Positions 1-14,365 of a stretch of 64,000 nucleotides of DNA are shown in pieces. The notes beneath the pieces were generated by a model. That model was not told the origin of the DNA and searched no databases. It saw nothing but the letters and a program-made list of their open reading frames with translations. The first letter of the stretch is position 1, and every line of letters begins with the position of its first letter. The translations under genes and the position numbers were made by a program. Source of the DNA: Octopus sinensis (taxonomy: Eukaryota); NCBI RefSeq assembly GCF_006345805.1, contig NC_042997.1, forward strand, positions 105,772,001 to 105,836,000, read 5' to 3'.

Positions 1-595
1 GCATATATACATATCTGACCGTTTCCGGTGCCAACTGAAGAAACTAAAACTTCGTGATTGCCATTACCCAAACCTGTGATATTTTAGTTACATTTGTAAA
101 TTTTTTGCCGATAAATATATAGATATACAAATGAGTATGGGTGTACAAACAGACAGATAGATATATTGATAAATAGATACATATATAAACATACAAATAC
201 ATACAAATATATGTATATATATGCTTCTATATACATGTGTGTGTGTGTGTACTTGTCTGTGAATTCGTGCATGTATGTATGAATTTGGATGTCAGATGCA
301 AATCCGCACTCCACATCATACACGCATTTTTAACATTTACATGTGTGTGCATGCGTGCGTGTGCGTATGTATCTGTGTATCTTCGTATCTGCGCATTTAC
401 ATATATATAGTTCAAATTTACAAAAAAACAAAAGACAAAAACGGGCGTAGGAACAATATGCAGCTGTATAAGTTTGACCCTCGGGAAAAATGAAAAAGTC
501 TTTTACGACAGAAATGAATAAGAGGAATATATATATAAAGATAGATAGACAGGCAGGCAGGCAGACAGACATATATAGATATCTTATATATATAT

Positions 596-817
596 GCGCA
601 ATGCTTAGCGGTAGCCGGGCGCAATGCTTAGCGGTATTTCGTCTGTCGTTACGTTCTGAGTTCAAATTCCGCCGAGGTTGACTTTGCCTTTCATCCTTTC
701 GGGGTCGATAAATAAAAGTACCAGTTTCGCACTGGGGTCGATGTAATCGACTTAATCCCTTTGTCTGTCCTTGTTTGTCCTCTCTATGTTTAGCCCCTTG
801 TGGGCAAAAAAGAAATA
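596..817 (+). mobile_element. SINE family A copy (5' truncated; tRNA-like head, GACTTTGCCTTTCATCCTTTCGGGGTCGAT core, tail ending AAAGAAATA)
   Basis: Close similarity to at least 8 other copies in the window; B-box-like GAGTTCAAATTCC; short local duplication (GCGCAATGCTTAGCGGTA x2) at the 5' end. Confidence 0.85.
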
Positions 818-2616
818 TATATATATATATCATGAATGCGATGTTTTAAATATTTAGTATCCCAAAGTTATTGAGTTCTATTTTTATAGTATTACCATTT
901 AAGTAATTACTCTTTTAATCAGCTTCCTACTTAAATACCGCACCCAGGAGTCGAGCACTCGCAACGAACCAAGAAATAGACTTTCTGTATGTAAATACGT
1001 AAGTTTCAATATTAAGCGAAAAATATATCACGGCAACTGAACAGGATTTACGTAAGTGATTAATCAGTGAAATGGGAGCGGTCTTTCAGAAGAATGCTTT
1101 GAAATCTCAATTTTAGGAAACCAGCCAGCGACAAGCCTTTATGAAATGGCACAGAATTAAAAACCTGGAACTGATCACTCTGGCACTCTGTATTTTAAAA
1201 ACTCGATACCTTTGAAGTGAAAATTCTAGTTATATGTAGCACAGCATTTCTTTTTATAATATAATGATCAAGTCCAGCGTCGTGACCGAAAAATTGTAAA
1301 GACTAGTCAAACACGTAAACTCAAAATGAACAGTATCAAATTTGACAATAATATTGATGAAGCAAATATAATAGCAGCGAAACAAACTAAACAGGAATGT
1401 GCAATTTTTTGCGAAACAAGTAAGATATGTAATTATTAAAGACTGCAATGAGAACTTCGTTTCGTTCGAATATGATTTCAAATATATCCTCCTGTCCATC
1501 GGCTCCAAAATTATGTGAAAAGTAAATTAAAATGATTAAAATTAAAATGAAAATTTATTTCCCAGTTTGTGAAAATCAGCCGCACTTGCAAATATAGACT
1601 CCTGGTTGGATATCCTCTCAATAATACAGAATGAGAAGGGAGAAAGTTAAATGGAGAAGCGAGGTGAAATGTCATCATGAAGGGTCAGATAATCTGATAA
1701 AATCAAGGTCATACCAGAGCCGTGCACAAATGAGGTCATCGAAGCAGAGTGTAAGAGACTAATGGTACAAAACAAAATAGGCGTTACACAAATTACAGTA
1801 AAAACTACATGCAGGACTTTATGCTCTGAAGAACCAAAAAAGCTAGAAAACCAGAGAAGAGAGGTAAACCGTCAGCCAAAGTTTAAGTGACTGTGCAGGA
1901 AATAATCTTGCGTTCGGCATTCGAAATAAATGCACTGATACCCATTTCCATGACTGTATGCCTCTGTAGCACCGTGCTATTCGGTATCGTGTGAGAGAGT
2001 AGGAAGTTATAGCGGAAAGTTTCCAAGTCATCATTGAAACCAACAAGCGAATAAGAATTTTTTAAAAAGCGAGGTGAACAGAAAACAACAAAAATATATT
2101 AGGAAGAACACTCTCCATTGATTCCCTTCATCAGAAAAATAAAACAGTGGGAGAAGAACATTAATTTATAATAACTCCTATAATTGGCTAATAGTTTATT
2201 TTTATCAACCGCGGAAAGATGGGCGGCAAAGTTCACCTGTAACCATAAAGTCCATTCTTCGACGTAGACACCTTGCAGCTATGTCAATGGGGAGCATGAT
2301 CCTGGTGGAGTTTATCATACTGGAGAAGTCAAAAGACTCACCAATTAAGAGCCCTTCTTCCTAGAGGCAAAAATTGGCTTGTGTAGATCCAGCACTCCTA
2401 CAAAGTTACAGAAATATAGATAACAATTGAAATCCAACAAGATCTGGGAAGTGAAAACCTTAAAAAACAGCCCTGAATCTAGGACAATGGGAAAAGTCGT
2501 CGATAGCCTAAGCTCCAAATGGTGTGAAGTGCTTAAGTAAGTGAGTAAGGTTGACCTCACAGTAATTGGAATTCAGGAAAGAGTAAGGCATTTTGTCCGT
2601 CCATAACAAATAAATA

Positions 2617-3007
2617 TCTCTTTTACTATTTTACATGTTTCAGTCATTTCACTGCGTCCATGCTGAAGCACCACCTTTAGTCGAGCAAATCAACCCCAGG
2701 ACTTATTCTTTGGAAGCCTAGTACTTATTCTATCGATCTCTTTTGCCGAACTGCTAAGTTACAGGGACTTAAACATACCATCATCGGTTGTCAAGCGATG
2801 TTGGGGGGACAAACACAGACACACAAACATACACACACACATACATATATATACATATGTACGACGAGCTTCTTTCAGTTTCCATCTACCAAATCCACTC
2901 CCGAGGCTATAGTAGAAGATAATTGCCCAGGGTGCCACGCAGTGGGAATGAACCCAGAACCATGTGGTTGGTAAGCAAGCTACTTACCACACAACCACTC
3001 CTACGCC
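2617..3007 (-). mobile_element. SINE family B full-length copy (tRNA-like head, CORE-like CTTGGGCAA segment, internal (TG)n)
   Basis: Reverse complement matches the copies at 28979-29380, 31126-31652 and 55183-55478; A/B-box-like head; resemblance to the CORE-SINE domain is from memory. Confidence 0.85.
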
Positions 3008-3649
3008 TATGTACCAATGTCATATAATCAACCCTGTCTAAATATCAATGTTTTCTCAAATACTCTTTATGTTTTATATTGATATCAAATATTGGTAATA
3101 TTTCATTTATGTCACATCAAAATTGCTTCAACAGATCTATGATCAATGTCTATGACAATCTATTGCATTTTTTTGTTTTCTGATATATTCTATAGCTTTC
3201 GTAAAGACGTTGGGTGGGGCATCGAACAAAATACTTTGTTATATTAAAACATTCTGTGTCAGAATCTCATCTGTCTTTCGTGATCTATACAATAAGAACA
3301 AGAGTCGATGTATCTACTATATCTGAGATTGTGGTGTTTTAGAGTCGCCATATCCCAAAGACTGAAACCAGTCAAAGAATATATGAACTTGGTCGCATAT
3401 TTCTGTGAAGGAGTATAGTCAATTTATATCGTTCTCAGTTTTGCACCGCTATTTATTTTAACGACTACATTAAAAGGACGAAATATGAAGTCCACTCGGA
3501 TGGAATTTGATCTCGGAGAACGTGAAGACGATTTGACTAAACACACAAGTTTTGCTCTCGCGATAGAGCAATTTTCCATCCACCACCACGAATTAATAAT
3601 AACAATGATAATAAAGCTGCTGCTGATGATGATGATGAGGATGATGATA

Positions 3650-3703
<54 letters not shown>

Positions 3704-4128
3704 TTGAAACTGGCAAACCAAAAAGGAAAATATATCAAGACAATAGTTCAATTAACGAATAAAATTAATGATATTTGTTGATATCAAAACTAATGATAAT
3801 TACTGTGGCAAGATATTAGAAAAATATATGACCAGGAGGCATTTAATTAATTTATCACATTATTCGTTTCAAAACTGGCTTTTATAGCCGGCGAAATTTT
3901 CTTACATGCCACCAGCTATCAGTTTTAATGATAAATCAATGACTTGCTTTTCTCCTTAAAATACAGAAATCCTACCACTTCTCAATTCCATTATCTCCAT
4001 ATCGCACCTTCCTAGATTTGCTACATTTTTACACCACCTATAGAACAATGGAATTCTTCTTCTTTCGTAAATTTCAAATATTATTATTGACTCGAGTCTA
4101 TTCATGAATAAATCGTAGCTGACACGCA

Positions 4129-4129
<1 letters not shown>

Positions 4130-4159
<30 letters not shown>

Positions 4160-4420
4160 TGTATGTATGTATGTATGTATGTATGTATGTATGTATGTAT
4201 GTATGTATGTATGTATGTACGTATGCGTGTGTATGTATGTATATATGTTTGTGTGTATGCCTGTATGTATGTATGTATGTATGTATGTATGTATGTATGT
4301 ATGTACGTATGTGTATGTATGTATGCATATATGTTTGTGTGTATGAATGTATGTATGTGTGTATGTATGTATGTTTGTGTGTATGTATGAATGTATGTAT
4401 GTCAATATGTATATATGTAT
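4130..4420. repeat. (TATG)n microsatellite with degenerate flank
   Basis: Directly visible; explains the MYVC/HTYI pseudo-ORFs. Confidence 0.97.
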
Positions 4421-6957
4421 GAGTGTATGGTTGTCAGTAGGTATGAATGTATTTGTGTATGTGTTTATATATACGTGTAAGTATTCAAGTGTATGTATGT
4501 ATGCAATAATACATCATGTACATGTATATGTGTCTCTGTAAATATATGTATATGTTATTTTTGTTGTTTAATTATTCGAATTCTTCTAAGATAGGAGTTG
4601 GCTTCGAAGAATTAAACAAAGTACCATCGGTGAAATTTTGATTATGACACCATTGAAGATTTGAATATTGAACTTTAGAAAATCATACATACATTTAATG
4701 TTCTACAAAAGATTTTATTTGCAAATTGAGTGTTAGTTGGTTAATCTTTCTTATTTTTTACCTCAAAATACCTGTTTGGAGTGGGGTGATTACCACGTAG
4801 ACATGTATAGATTTGGCCAAGTACAATAATAATTATATTATGTGTATTTGTCAATTCGGTAAGAGAAACCGTAGACTTCGAATCATTTATCCATAAATAT
4901 TCTCTTTCAAAGATTTCTAACAGCAATGTCCAAATCCGCAGAACAGATGACTTCTACACGAGTGCATAACGTTTCTTTTCTGTCTCTATATGCATGCATC
5001 TGTCTACAATATATCGCAAGTACGTATGTGTGCGAATATTCATGTCATTGTAAGTTTATATCTATACGAATTTATTTATATATGTCTACGTGTTTACATG
5101 CCTACAAGTGTGTAGACATGTAAAGTATACATTATATCGATTAAACTTCTAGAATGCTTGTTTTCACAGTTCAATAAAATATTTGTTGTCGTAATTTCTT
5201 CAATAGTTTTTTCTGGTTTTGTGAAACGCATATTCTCAAGATCCCCAAGATCAGTTACTTACATACTTACATACCCAACTGCCCCACGAACCATACGTGT
5301 AAATACACTTTTATAAACCTAGTCTATTATACGCAGATTTCTCATTAAATCATCTTAGCAATTTTCTTCTATCCTGAACATAAGGTTAGGGTCTGCTGGG
5401 CTACTGATTTCTTCCCATGATTTTTTTTTCTAAAATCCTTGACTGAATTGTTCTAGCTACACTTTACAGAGGTTTCGACCGAAACGTTCGCTAGAATTTT
5501 TCTCATATTAAGAGCAAGCGTGCGATGGATGTCACTGTAACATCTAATATTTTGCTCTTTAGGACTCTCGGTCCCACACTTTACATTGTAAAGAGTTTTG
5601 ATCACGACATCATGTATGATAGCTAGATGACATCACATTGCGTTAACATATTCGGTTAGCTACATATGATGGAAGTTAATTCTTTGGTGTTAATTTCACA
5701 GCTTGTGTAGTTGCACGTCTAAATGTTACCCTACGACATTGTCTGGTTTGTGTTGTTCTTTCCCGGTTCTGGATTGCAAATCAATTAAGATAGAGCTTTG
5801 AAACTACGCTCGTTGTCTACACTTCATTACCATTCGTAGAATATCAATATACGTAGACCTAACCAGCTGATTTAGTTTAACACATGATGGTTTGTAGAAG
5901 TTATTAAAGCGTTATTCACAGGCTGCTTCAGTTGATGCTTGATTCTCCCTTCTTATACGTGTTTGAAGTAGAAATGGTCAATACTACTATTATTAAGAAC
6001 ATTCCTAGTTGTTTACGGAGCGGGAGCATTAAGCAGTGACAAGTGAAATTGCAATGTTATTTTCAGTCCGAATATGCTTGATGGACGTTCGAACTAGGGA
6101 GCAAGCTACTCGCTGCCTTTTGTCACCCCGTTGTTCGGTTCTCTTGTTGACAAATGGTGAGTATACAACTAGATCAGCTTGCAGCGCTACCTACCTAGAT
6201 TGTGAGATGTTAACATTTTAAAGTAGTTATCTCCTCATTGGTCACAGACACTAAGCAGACGACACTGTGAGCTGAATTAAGTAAGAGATTACCTCTCTTA
6301 TACTTTTCCAGTTACCGTATGCTGAGTTCTTATTAACTCCAAGTCGTTACTGGATGTGTGATTCACATCAGTATTTCTTCGGAACTAAATCCCACAGTTG
6401 TATTACAAGAAATAAAGCTGAAAACACTTTTATATTTGCCTCGATGAAAATTCAACAAGGAAATACGAACGGAGAAAATGACACAAAAACATAAGACAGT
6501 GAAGCGCACACAATAGTCATTGAATTGCGGCTGAAATACAAAGTCCTAAGAGGATCTGGTTCCTTAGGGGCAATCCTAGATACAGAAACGTGTTGCAAAA
6601 CAGAAAATAATAAGGATGAGCCGACGAAAGCTATGGGAATGGACTTGGTAAGCGGAAACTCAAAGACGCCCGCCGTATGTACGTATATATGTATAATTGC
6701 GATTACAATAGATCCATAGAAGATCAAAGCATATCAAAGTGAAGAACGCCACTAATTATCTAGTCAGAATCACGCAGAACAGGCTAAGTAATTCAGTAAC
6801 CAAGCAGTGGAGTCAGCGATGAGGTACAATCACTGTTGTGAGGTAATCTGCAATTCCTGTATTCAATAAAGAACGGAGCCCTAAATGTGGCGTTAACGTA
6901 TACTAAATAAGAGACGAATAGATTTTCAAGTGTAGATTGTTGTTGTTTGTTGTTGTG

Positions 6958-7020
<63 letters not shown>

Positions 7021-7045
7021 GTGTGGTGTGTGTGTGTGTGTGTTT
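6958..7045. repeat. (GT)n microsatellite
   Basis: Directly visible. Confidence 0.97.
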
Positions 7046-7067
7046 CTACTTAACTCTCACCGCTTGA

Positions 7068-7230
7068 CAAAGTACTTTTGCGTCCTCGTAACTTAGCGCT
7101 TCGGCAGCAGTGAAATAGAATAAATACCAGGCATAGAAAAAAGTATTGCGGACCATGTGTTTGACTAAAAGCACTTGATAACTGTGCCCCAGCATGGCCG
7201 CAGTTCAATGACTGAAGCGAGTAAACATAA
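7068..7230 (+). mobile_element. SINE family B, degraded 3' half
   Basis: GCTTGACA...AACTTAGCG.TTCGGCA...CCAGCATGGCCGCAGTT.AATGACTGAA matches the family B tail. Confidence 0.7.
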
Positions 7231-7936
7231 AAAATAGCTGAACGTTGTGCCGGCGAGCCACTTACGCTTTGGTCCGTAGTGCAACACAATAAATATATTC
7301 CCAACGAAACTGAAGCTCTACTGATGCAGAAAATCGATATATTGATAACAAAAATTACTGCTGTTATTGCTGCTGAAGATGCAATTCTTGTTGTTATTGT
7401 TGGTATCGTTAATTTTATAACTGGAACATTGAAATGACTATAATCAACAACGAGCAATTAACAAGATTACAAAGACTGACATAGTAATATCTCTTTTGTA
7501 AGAGATGAGAAATCGCCTCTTCCAACGGATACGTTCAGTAAGTGAGAAAATGGCATCTTAGTTTATATAAATAGATGACACGTGCCTTATCAAATGTTCT
7601 TCGTTAACACTTCTCTTCTCGCATAATATCATCGCCGCTTCATATTACCTACCACTCCTCATAATCACATTTCGTTTACAAATTACAGAATTCGGCTTGC
7701 TATTACGACAATACGTTTGTATTTCCCATGTGTATGATCGTTTGCACATGCATTCATACATAGATGTTTGGCTGTCTGTTTGCTTGTTTCTCTGTTTGTA
7801 TGAATGCATGTATGTACGTACGTATGTATGTTTTTTTCTGTTCCAATACTGCGTTTGTACTGGTATCTATATATATATAATGTCAATTGCAACACAGACT
7901 TCAAAACGATGGGTTGGGAATCTCTAATCATGGTAA

Positions 7937-7990
7937 CGCGTGCTGAAGAAGCTAGGGCTTATTTTGTCAGTGCAGAAACCGGTCCACGTG
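7937..7990 (+). ncRNA. Type I hammerhead ribozyme motif with canonical core and eroded stem II, in a Penelope-like repeat
   Basis: Stem I CGCGUG/CACGUG; CUGAAGA 7943-7949; GAAA 7975-7978; palindromic stem III ACCGGU; GUC triplet 7982-7984. Confidence 0.7.
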
Positions 7991-10199
7991 AGTCCAGATA
8001 CTTAAATGTATGTTAGTAGATTGTCTTAACCTGATTTTGCCGTCTTTGATTTCTGTAGTTTTCATCAGTGTATTTTTGGCGATTTAATAAGAGTTTTGAC
8101 TGTTATTTCAAACATACTTAGTATGTCCTTTGATTATATATATATATATATATATATGCTCAGGTACACACATAGATGATCCTTTCTACTATAGACACAA
8201 AGTGTTAAGTCGATTACATCGACCACAATACACAACTTGTGCTTAATTTATTGACTCTGAAACGATGAAAGTCAAAATCGACATCGGCGAAATTTGAACT
8301 CAGAACACGTAAAAACGGGTGAAATGTTGCTATATATACATATATACTTACATATATGTATATACTTACTCATAAAGAGACACTGTCATGTATAAGACAT
8401 GCATGCATAAGACACACACACAGCGAGAGAGAGAGAGAGAGGTTATAAACGACCAGTTAGAACCACAACAATTATCGCAGTTACAGGACAATATGTTCGC
8501 ATGTTGTGAAAAAGAATAGGTGAACATCTGGTGACACCAAGTTCGAAAGATGTAACGGTAACGTAAAGGTGTAGGATTTGAAGGAAGGGGAGGAGGGAAA
8601 GTAAGAGAAAGGGCAAGGGTAAATGGAGAGGAAGATCAGATTTGAAGTAAAAGAAAATTTAGTAGTAGTAGTAGTAAGTAGTAGTAGTAGTAGAATATAC
8701 TTGTCATCCAATGATGATGATGATGGCGGTGATATGATGATATTGATAAAGATGGTCTCGCTGATAATGGTGATGATAATGATGGTACAGCAAACTGAGT
8801 TGGCTGCATTTTGTGGTATTGTTTATTTTTGTCCCCAGTTCAGTACGGATCAAACAGAATTATGATCAAAAGATTTCCATCCGCGACCATCCCAAAAGTT
8901 AACGCTCTTGTCCTGTAAAATGGAATACATTCTTCAAGCGATATTTAAGACGTAATTTTTGTTTTGTCTATAGAATTTTAAGAATTCCTTAATTCTTCAC
9001 TGGGCTTAATACCCCCACATCTCCTGGTCAGTGGGTGCACATTTAGCGGTTGGACGGGGTTCTACTCAAATGAACTTTATTCGGGTCAGTTTTCCGATGT
9101 GAGCTTGGTAATTTCGTCCCTTGTCTCGCCAGTTTCAACTACTTGGGAATTAAAACGCCATAGATGTTGTTTCTTCTTCTCTGGCTAATCGGTAAAACAT
9201 ATTTCAAAACTATCAACTCAGAGAAATCTCGCAGAATTATCCATTGTCTTTTAGTCTCATATCAGTCTTCATCAAACAGTGCCCTATCTGTTCTGTTCTT
9301 GTTCTTCTTAAAGATGGAAGATTTGGCTATTTTATTTAACAGCTTTCAACACCATGTAGAGGTGGTCCCTCTTTGGCTTATGGTGATAGACTGTTTTATT
9401 TAGCAGGTTTAACCACCGTATAAGAGTGGACCTGCTTTAATTCGTAATAATTATGGTCGTGGCTATTGAGATTTCCAAATCTAATAAATGAAATAATGTG
9501 GCGAAGCAAAGATTTTCTTTATCAATGGTTACAGTCAAGTTTAAAATGTGCTGATTTTGTTAATGTCATTGTTTAGCGTCTTATATGCATGATCATGCGG
9601 TGCCATAGCTCAGATGAAAAATTCCTTTCAGTACTTCTAATAGACATTTATTAGCAACCGAGGCAGTATCATTACCGAGAGTCAGTATTTATCCCCCATT
9701 TAAACGTGCGTGTTCAGTTAGAACAAACTATAATGTGGTAGCAACCATGAGAGAAACTCCCGTATAATGCTGGAGCCGACGAGGATTTACTTGCAGTTTG
9801 TCTCTGCGTTGAAATGGCTGAACCGTTGAAGCCTTGGATATAATAATGCTTGGTCTTATTTGTTTCAACGCTATTCAGTCGGAGTTCGAATGCTGCTGAG
9901 GTTAACTTTACCTTTCATTTTTTTGTCCTGGCGGGGAGGGGTAAGTTACAAAAAGAAAGAAGAGTAGCAATACGAAGCAGTGGATTGGCGAGACTATGAA
10001 TATCAGACCAGTTGCTGAGCGGTATTAATCCCGGTACCTTGCGTTTTCACTTCAAATACCATCATAGCTTGTGTAAGGATGTATTTACTTACTCTGTCAC
10101 CCAGTTTAACTCCAATACCTGGTGGCTCGAGTAACTTTTGCGGACCCTATTTTGTTGCAAGCATTCGAAGACTTCATCCTGGCTATAAAATAAAAGAAA

Positions 10200-10390
10200 T
10201 CTGGGTCAGCATTGATCGAGTAAACCTATAACCTAATGAGTCTTAGTTATGACCATTCCTTCGGATTCAGCCTCAGTGTGCCTATGCTTATATTATTTGT
10301 GCATTTCTTTTTTTAAAGCTTTCTATTGTCATTTGAGAAAGATTTGGCTATTATATCTAGGAGGCATCCAATATCATGGAGTCTTCGTTG
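10200..10390 (+). mobile_element. Interspersed repeat family E (degraded)
   Basis: TTGATCGAG.A.ACCTAT...GACCA and a downstream GATTTGG...TATTT/ATCTAG shared with 26603-26790 and 8830-8910. Confidence 0.45.
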
Positions 10391-10574
10391 TTGGTCTAGT
10401 GGCCTCAGTGGGACAATAAACATGGCTTCTTGGTCGGACTACGACGACTGTGTGTGTGTGTGTATGTGTGTCTATGTGTGTGTGTGATGTTTATGTTGTT
10501 AAGTGTAATGAATGATTGTATTTGATGTTCTTTGATGTTGATAAGAACGGAGCTGAAGCCGAAGAGAGAGGAAC

Positions 10575-11574
10575 GATAGATGAAGAAGAAGAAGAAGAAG
10601 AAGAAGAAAGAAAAGAAGAAGGAAGAAGAAGAAGAAGAAGAAGAAGGAAGAAGAAGAAGAAGAAGAAGAAGAAGAAGAAAAAAAAGAGGGGGAGGAGGAG
10701 AGGGAGGTGTTAACATGTGGTGGTTGTAGTTTGGTGATGATGATGAGAATTAAGTAAAGAGAAAATGGTGAATACAGTAACAACACCAACAACAACTACA
10801 ACAACGAGAACAGCAACGAGGAGAAGTAGATCGACGACAGAGTCTCAAACATGAATTTGAGACTGAGAAAGAACAAAAGACGAAACAAGGTGGAAAGCTG
10901 TGAACCTGTCGCCGTTTCAAAAGAGAGCAGCAGTAAGCGAGAAATCCCGGTTTCCTTATCAGCGGCAGCCATATTGGTGGAGTGAGGGGAGACGGGTGTC
11001 TGTGTGTGTATGTGTGTGAGTGCGTGTGTGTGTGTGTGTGTGTGTATGAGAAATAGTGAGCGTGTGTATGTTAGCCTAATAGCGTTGTTGAAGGTGTGGA
11101 TGAGGGGACTCAATTGACAGAGATAAAGTGGTGTTATTGTTGTTGCTGTTGTTGTTGGCGGTAGTGGTGGATGTATTGGTGGTGGTGGTGGTGGTGGTGG
11201 TGGTAGTGATAGTAGTGATGGTGGTCGTAGTGGAGTTGGTGGTAGCGATGGTAGCGGTAGCAATGGTGTTCGTGGTGATGGTAGTGCTTGTGTTGGTGGG
11301 GAGAATGGTGGTGCTTCTGACGGTGGGGTTGTTGGTGGTGGAGTGAGGGTGGTGGTGGTTTTGGTGCAAGTAGTGGCAGTGGTGGTGGTGGTGGTTGTGG
11401 TGATGGCAGTGGTGTTGCAAGCATTAGTAGGCTGACAATATAGATGCAATTTTCATCATCATCATCATCGTCATCATCATCATCGTCATCGTCATCATCA
11501 TCATCATCGTCGTCGTCGTCGCAGTAGTAATAGAAGTAATAGTATTAGTAGTAATAGCAGCAGCAGCAGCAGCA

Positions 11575-11621
<47 letters not shown>

Positions 11622-11695
11622 TAGTCGGTATTGTTGTTGTTGTAGCAACGGCAGAAGAAGAAGAAGAGCAGGAGGAGGAGGAGGAAAGGAAGGAA

Positions 11696-11773
<78 letters not shown>

Positions 11774-11780
11774 AGGTAAG
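10575..11780. repeat. Compound simple-repeat field: (GAA)n, (GT)n, (GGT)n, (CAT)n, (TAG)n, (GAAA)n
   Basis: Directly visible; source of the poly-P/H/T/Y ORFs. Confidence 0.95.
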
Positions 11781-12230
11781 TAAGAAAGTAAGAAAGTAAA
11801 AAAAGAAAGAAAGGAAGTGAGAATGAAAGAAAGAAAGTAAATTGAATTGCTGTCGCGGGAAGAGCAGTGCACGGGTGGATGAATTGTTCTTTTTCTTAAA
11901 TATAGGGTGGCGGATAGATAGATGCTTTGGTTGGTAGTGAAGGTGCCAATCTATAATGGTGGCTGCTTGAGAGACTGGGCGTGGACGGCCAAATGAACAG
12001 TTGAAAGAGAAATGGCTCTATCAGTCGTCCATCTTGTTTACCTATCACACGCTGCTTTATTGTAAATTTCTGCTGCTAATTACAAACAGTGAAAACAAGA
12101 CAAAAAAATTGGAAGTTGCACCTCAACTGCGTTTTATCCTAACACCACCACCGCCACCACTACCGCCGTCACCGCCGTCACATCTGTATCACATTATCCC
12201 TCACTTAATATTGCACCCTTCCAATTATCG

Positions 12231-12660
12231 TTTTCAAATTTTGGCATAAGGCAAGCAATTTTGGGGGCGACGACAATAAATCGTTTACTTCCGACCGGGT
12301 GCAACACTGGTACTTGTTTTATCGACCCAAAAATAGATTTAAGAGTCGACATCGATGGAATTTGAACCCAAAGCGTAAAGATGGACTAAGTGTTGTGTGG
12401 TATTTTACACGCTGTGCTAACGATTTTTATTTCTTTGCTGTCCACAAGGGGGCTACACACAGAGGGGACAGACAAGGACAGACAAACGGATTAAGTCGAT
12501 TATATCAACCCCAGTGCGTAACTGGTACTTATTTAATCGACCCCGAAAGGATGAAAGGCAAACTCGACCTCGGCGGAATTTGAACTCAGAACGTAGCGGC
12601 AGACGAAATACTGCTAAGCATTTCGCCCGGCGTGCTAACGATTCTGCCAACTGGTCGCCT
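12231..12660 (-). mobile_element. Two abutting family A SINE copies (short-tail variant 12231-12424; long-tail copy 12428-12660)
   Basis: Reverse complement matches the family A head and core; the two tails differ. Confidence 0.8.
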
Positions 12661-12717
12661 TCTAATTCTTCTAGCTGGTCTTGTGCCAAAATTTGAAACC
12701 AATAATAATAATTGGAA

Positions 12718-13354
12718 GGCGGCGAGCTGACAGAATCGTTAGTACGCTGGGCAAAATGCTTAGCAGCATTCCATCCGTCCTTACGTTCTGAGTTCAAATT
12801 CCGCCGAGGTCGACTTTGTATTTAATCATTTTGGGGTCGATAAAGTGAGTACCATTGAAACAATTGAGTCGATGTATTCGAGCAGTCCCCTCCCAACAAA
12901 TTTCAGGCCCTGTGCCTATAATAGAAAAGATTATTACTGTTGTTGTTGTTGTTGTTGTCGTCGTCGTTGTTGTTGCTGTAAAGGCAGTGGCTGGCAGAAA
13001 CGTTAGAACGCCGGGCGAAATGCTAGGCGGTATTTCGTCTGCCGCTACGTTCAAATTCCGCCGAGGTCGACTTTGCCTTTCATCCTTTCGGGGTCGATTG
13101 AATAAGTACAACTTACGCACCGGGGTCGATATAATCGACTTAATCCGATTGTCTGTCCTTGTTTGTCCTCTCTGTGTTTAGCCCCTTGCGGGCAGTAAAG
13201 AAATAGGTATTTTGTCTGTCGCTACGTTCTGAGTTCAAATTTACCTTTCAACCTTCCGGCGTAGATAAGTTCAGTACCAGTGAAACACTGGAGTCGATGA
13301 AATCGAATAGTCCCTTCCCGCCAAATTTGAGGCATTGTGCCTACAGTAGAAAGC
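12718..13354 (+). mobile_element. Family A SINE cluster (12718-12930; composite 12981-13354)
   Basis: GGCGGCGAGCTG.CAGAATCGTTAG head and shared core, repeated. Confidence 0.8.
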
Positions 13355-13374
13355 ATTATTATTATTATTATTAC

Positions 13375-13431
<57 letters not shown>

Positions 13432-13443
13432 CAGCAGCAGTAT

Positions 13444-13529
<86 letters not shown>

Positions 13530-13983
13530 CTGCTGCTGCAGCTGCTGTTGCTGTTATCATTGCTACCACTGCTACGGCTGCTATATACTTGCACTACGTT
13601 ACGTCGCACTGGCAGCCCTTTCCTCTTCATCATTATCAACATCACACCTTCGATATGTACTCGCCCCTCTATTACGGATCTCCCTCATTTCCCTCCTCGT
13701 CATCATCATTTCCATTTCTCGTTCCCAAACGCCAGTCGACAGATGCATCTATCTATAAATCTCTTATAACCTGTTCTTTTTCATTCTCTATTCTTTCTCT
13801 TCCTCTGTTTTCCTATGCATACGCAGAACAGATAACACACAAACACACAAGCACATATTCGCACACAAACACGCAGACACAATATGTACGTATGTACGTT
13901 TATGTATATATATATATATATATGTGTATGTGTGTCTGTGTGTATGAATGTATATATATGTATGTATGTATATATGTGTGTAT

Positions 13984-14014
<31 letters not shown>

Positions 14015-14267
14015 TTATATAGCTAGATAGATAGATATATATATATATATTATATATATATATATACATATATATATACGTATATATATATATGCGTTTG
14101 TGCGTATATAAACGTGTATACAAACACGCACAGTCATACACATCCATAACTATATATATATATATATTATATATATATATATATCTATATATATATATAT
14201 ACATATATACATTCATATACATATATATTCATACATAATGTATATACATACACACATATGTGTATAT

Positions 14268-14303
<36 letters not shown>

Positions 14304-14365
14304 AATATATATATATGTATGCATGTATGTATGTATATATGTATGTATGTATGTATGTATATGAT
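13355..14365. repeat. (ATT)/(AGT)/(AGC) compound microsatellite (13355-13550) and (TA)/(TATG)-rich field (13905-14365)
   Basis: Directly visible. Confidence 0.9.

Noticed and set aside
900-2600. Unique-looking 1.7-kb stretch, possibly a decayed transposon
   Set aside because: I could not recover convincing protein motifs by eye; needs tBLASTx or RepeatMasker
5445-5500. HHR-like junction UUCUAGC...GGU(UUCG)ACC-GAAACGUUC-GCUAGAA
   Set aside because: No CUGANGA (13 unrelated nt instead); at best a dead relic
6010-6425. Possible solo LTR (TG...AATAAA...CA)
   Set aside because: No target-site duplication, second LTR or PBS
10900-10990. Minus-strand AATATGGCTGCCGC (YY1-like motif or ATG in good context, MAAADKETG...)
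   Set aside because: A short motif with no splice, homology or transcript evidence
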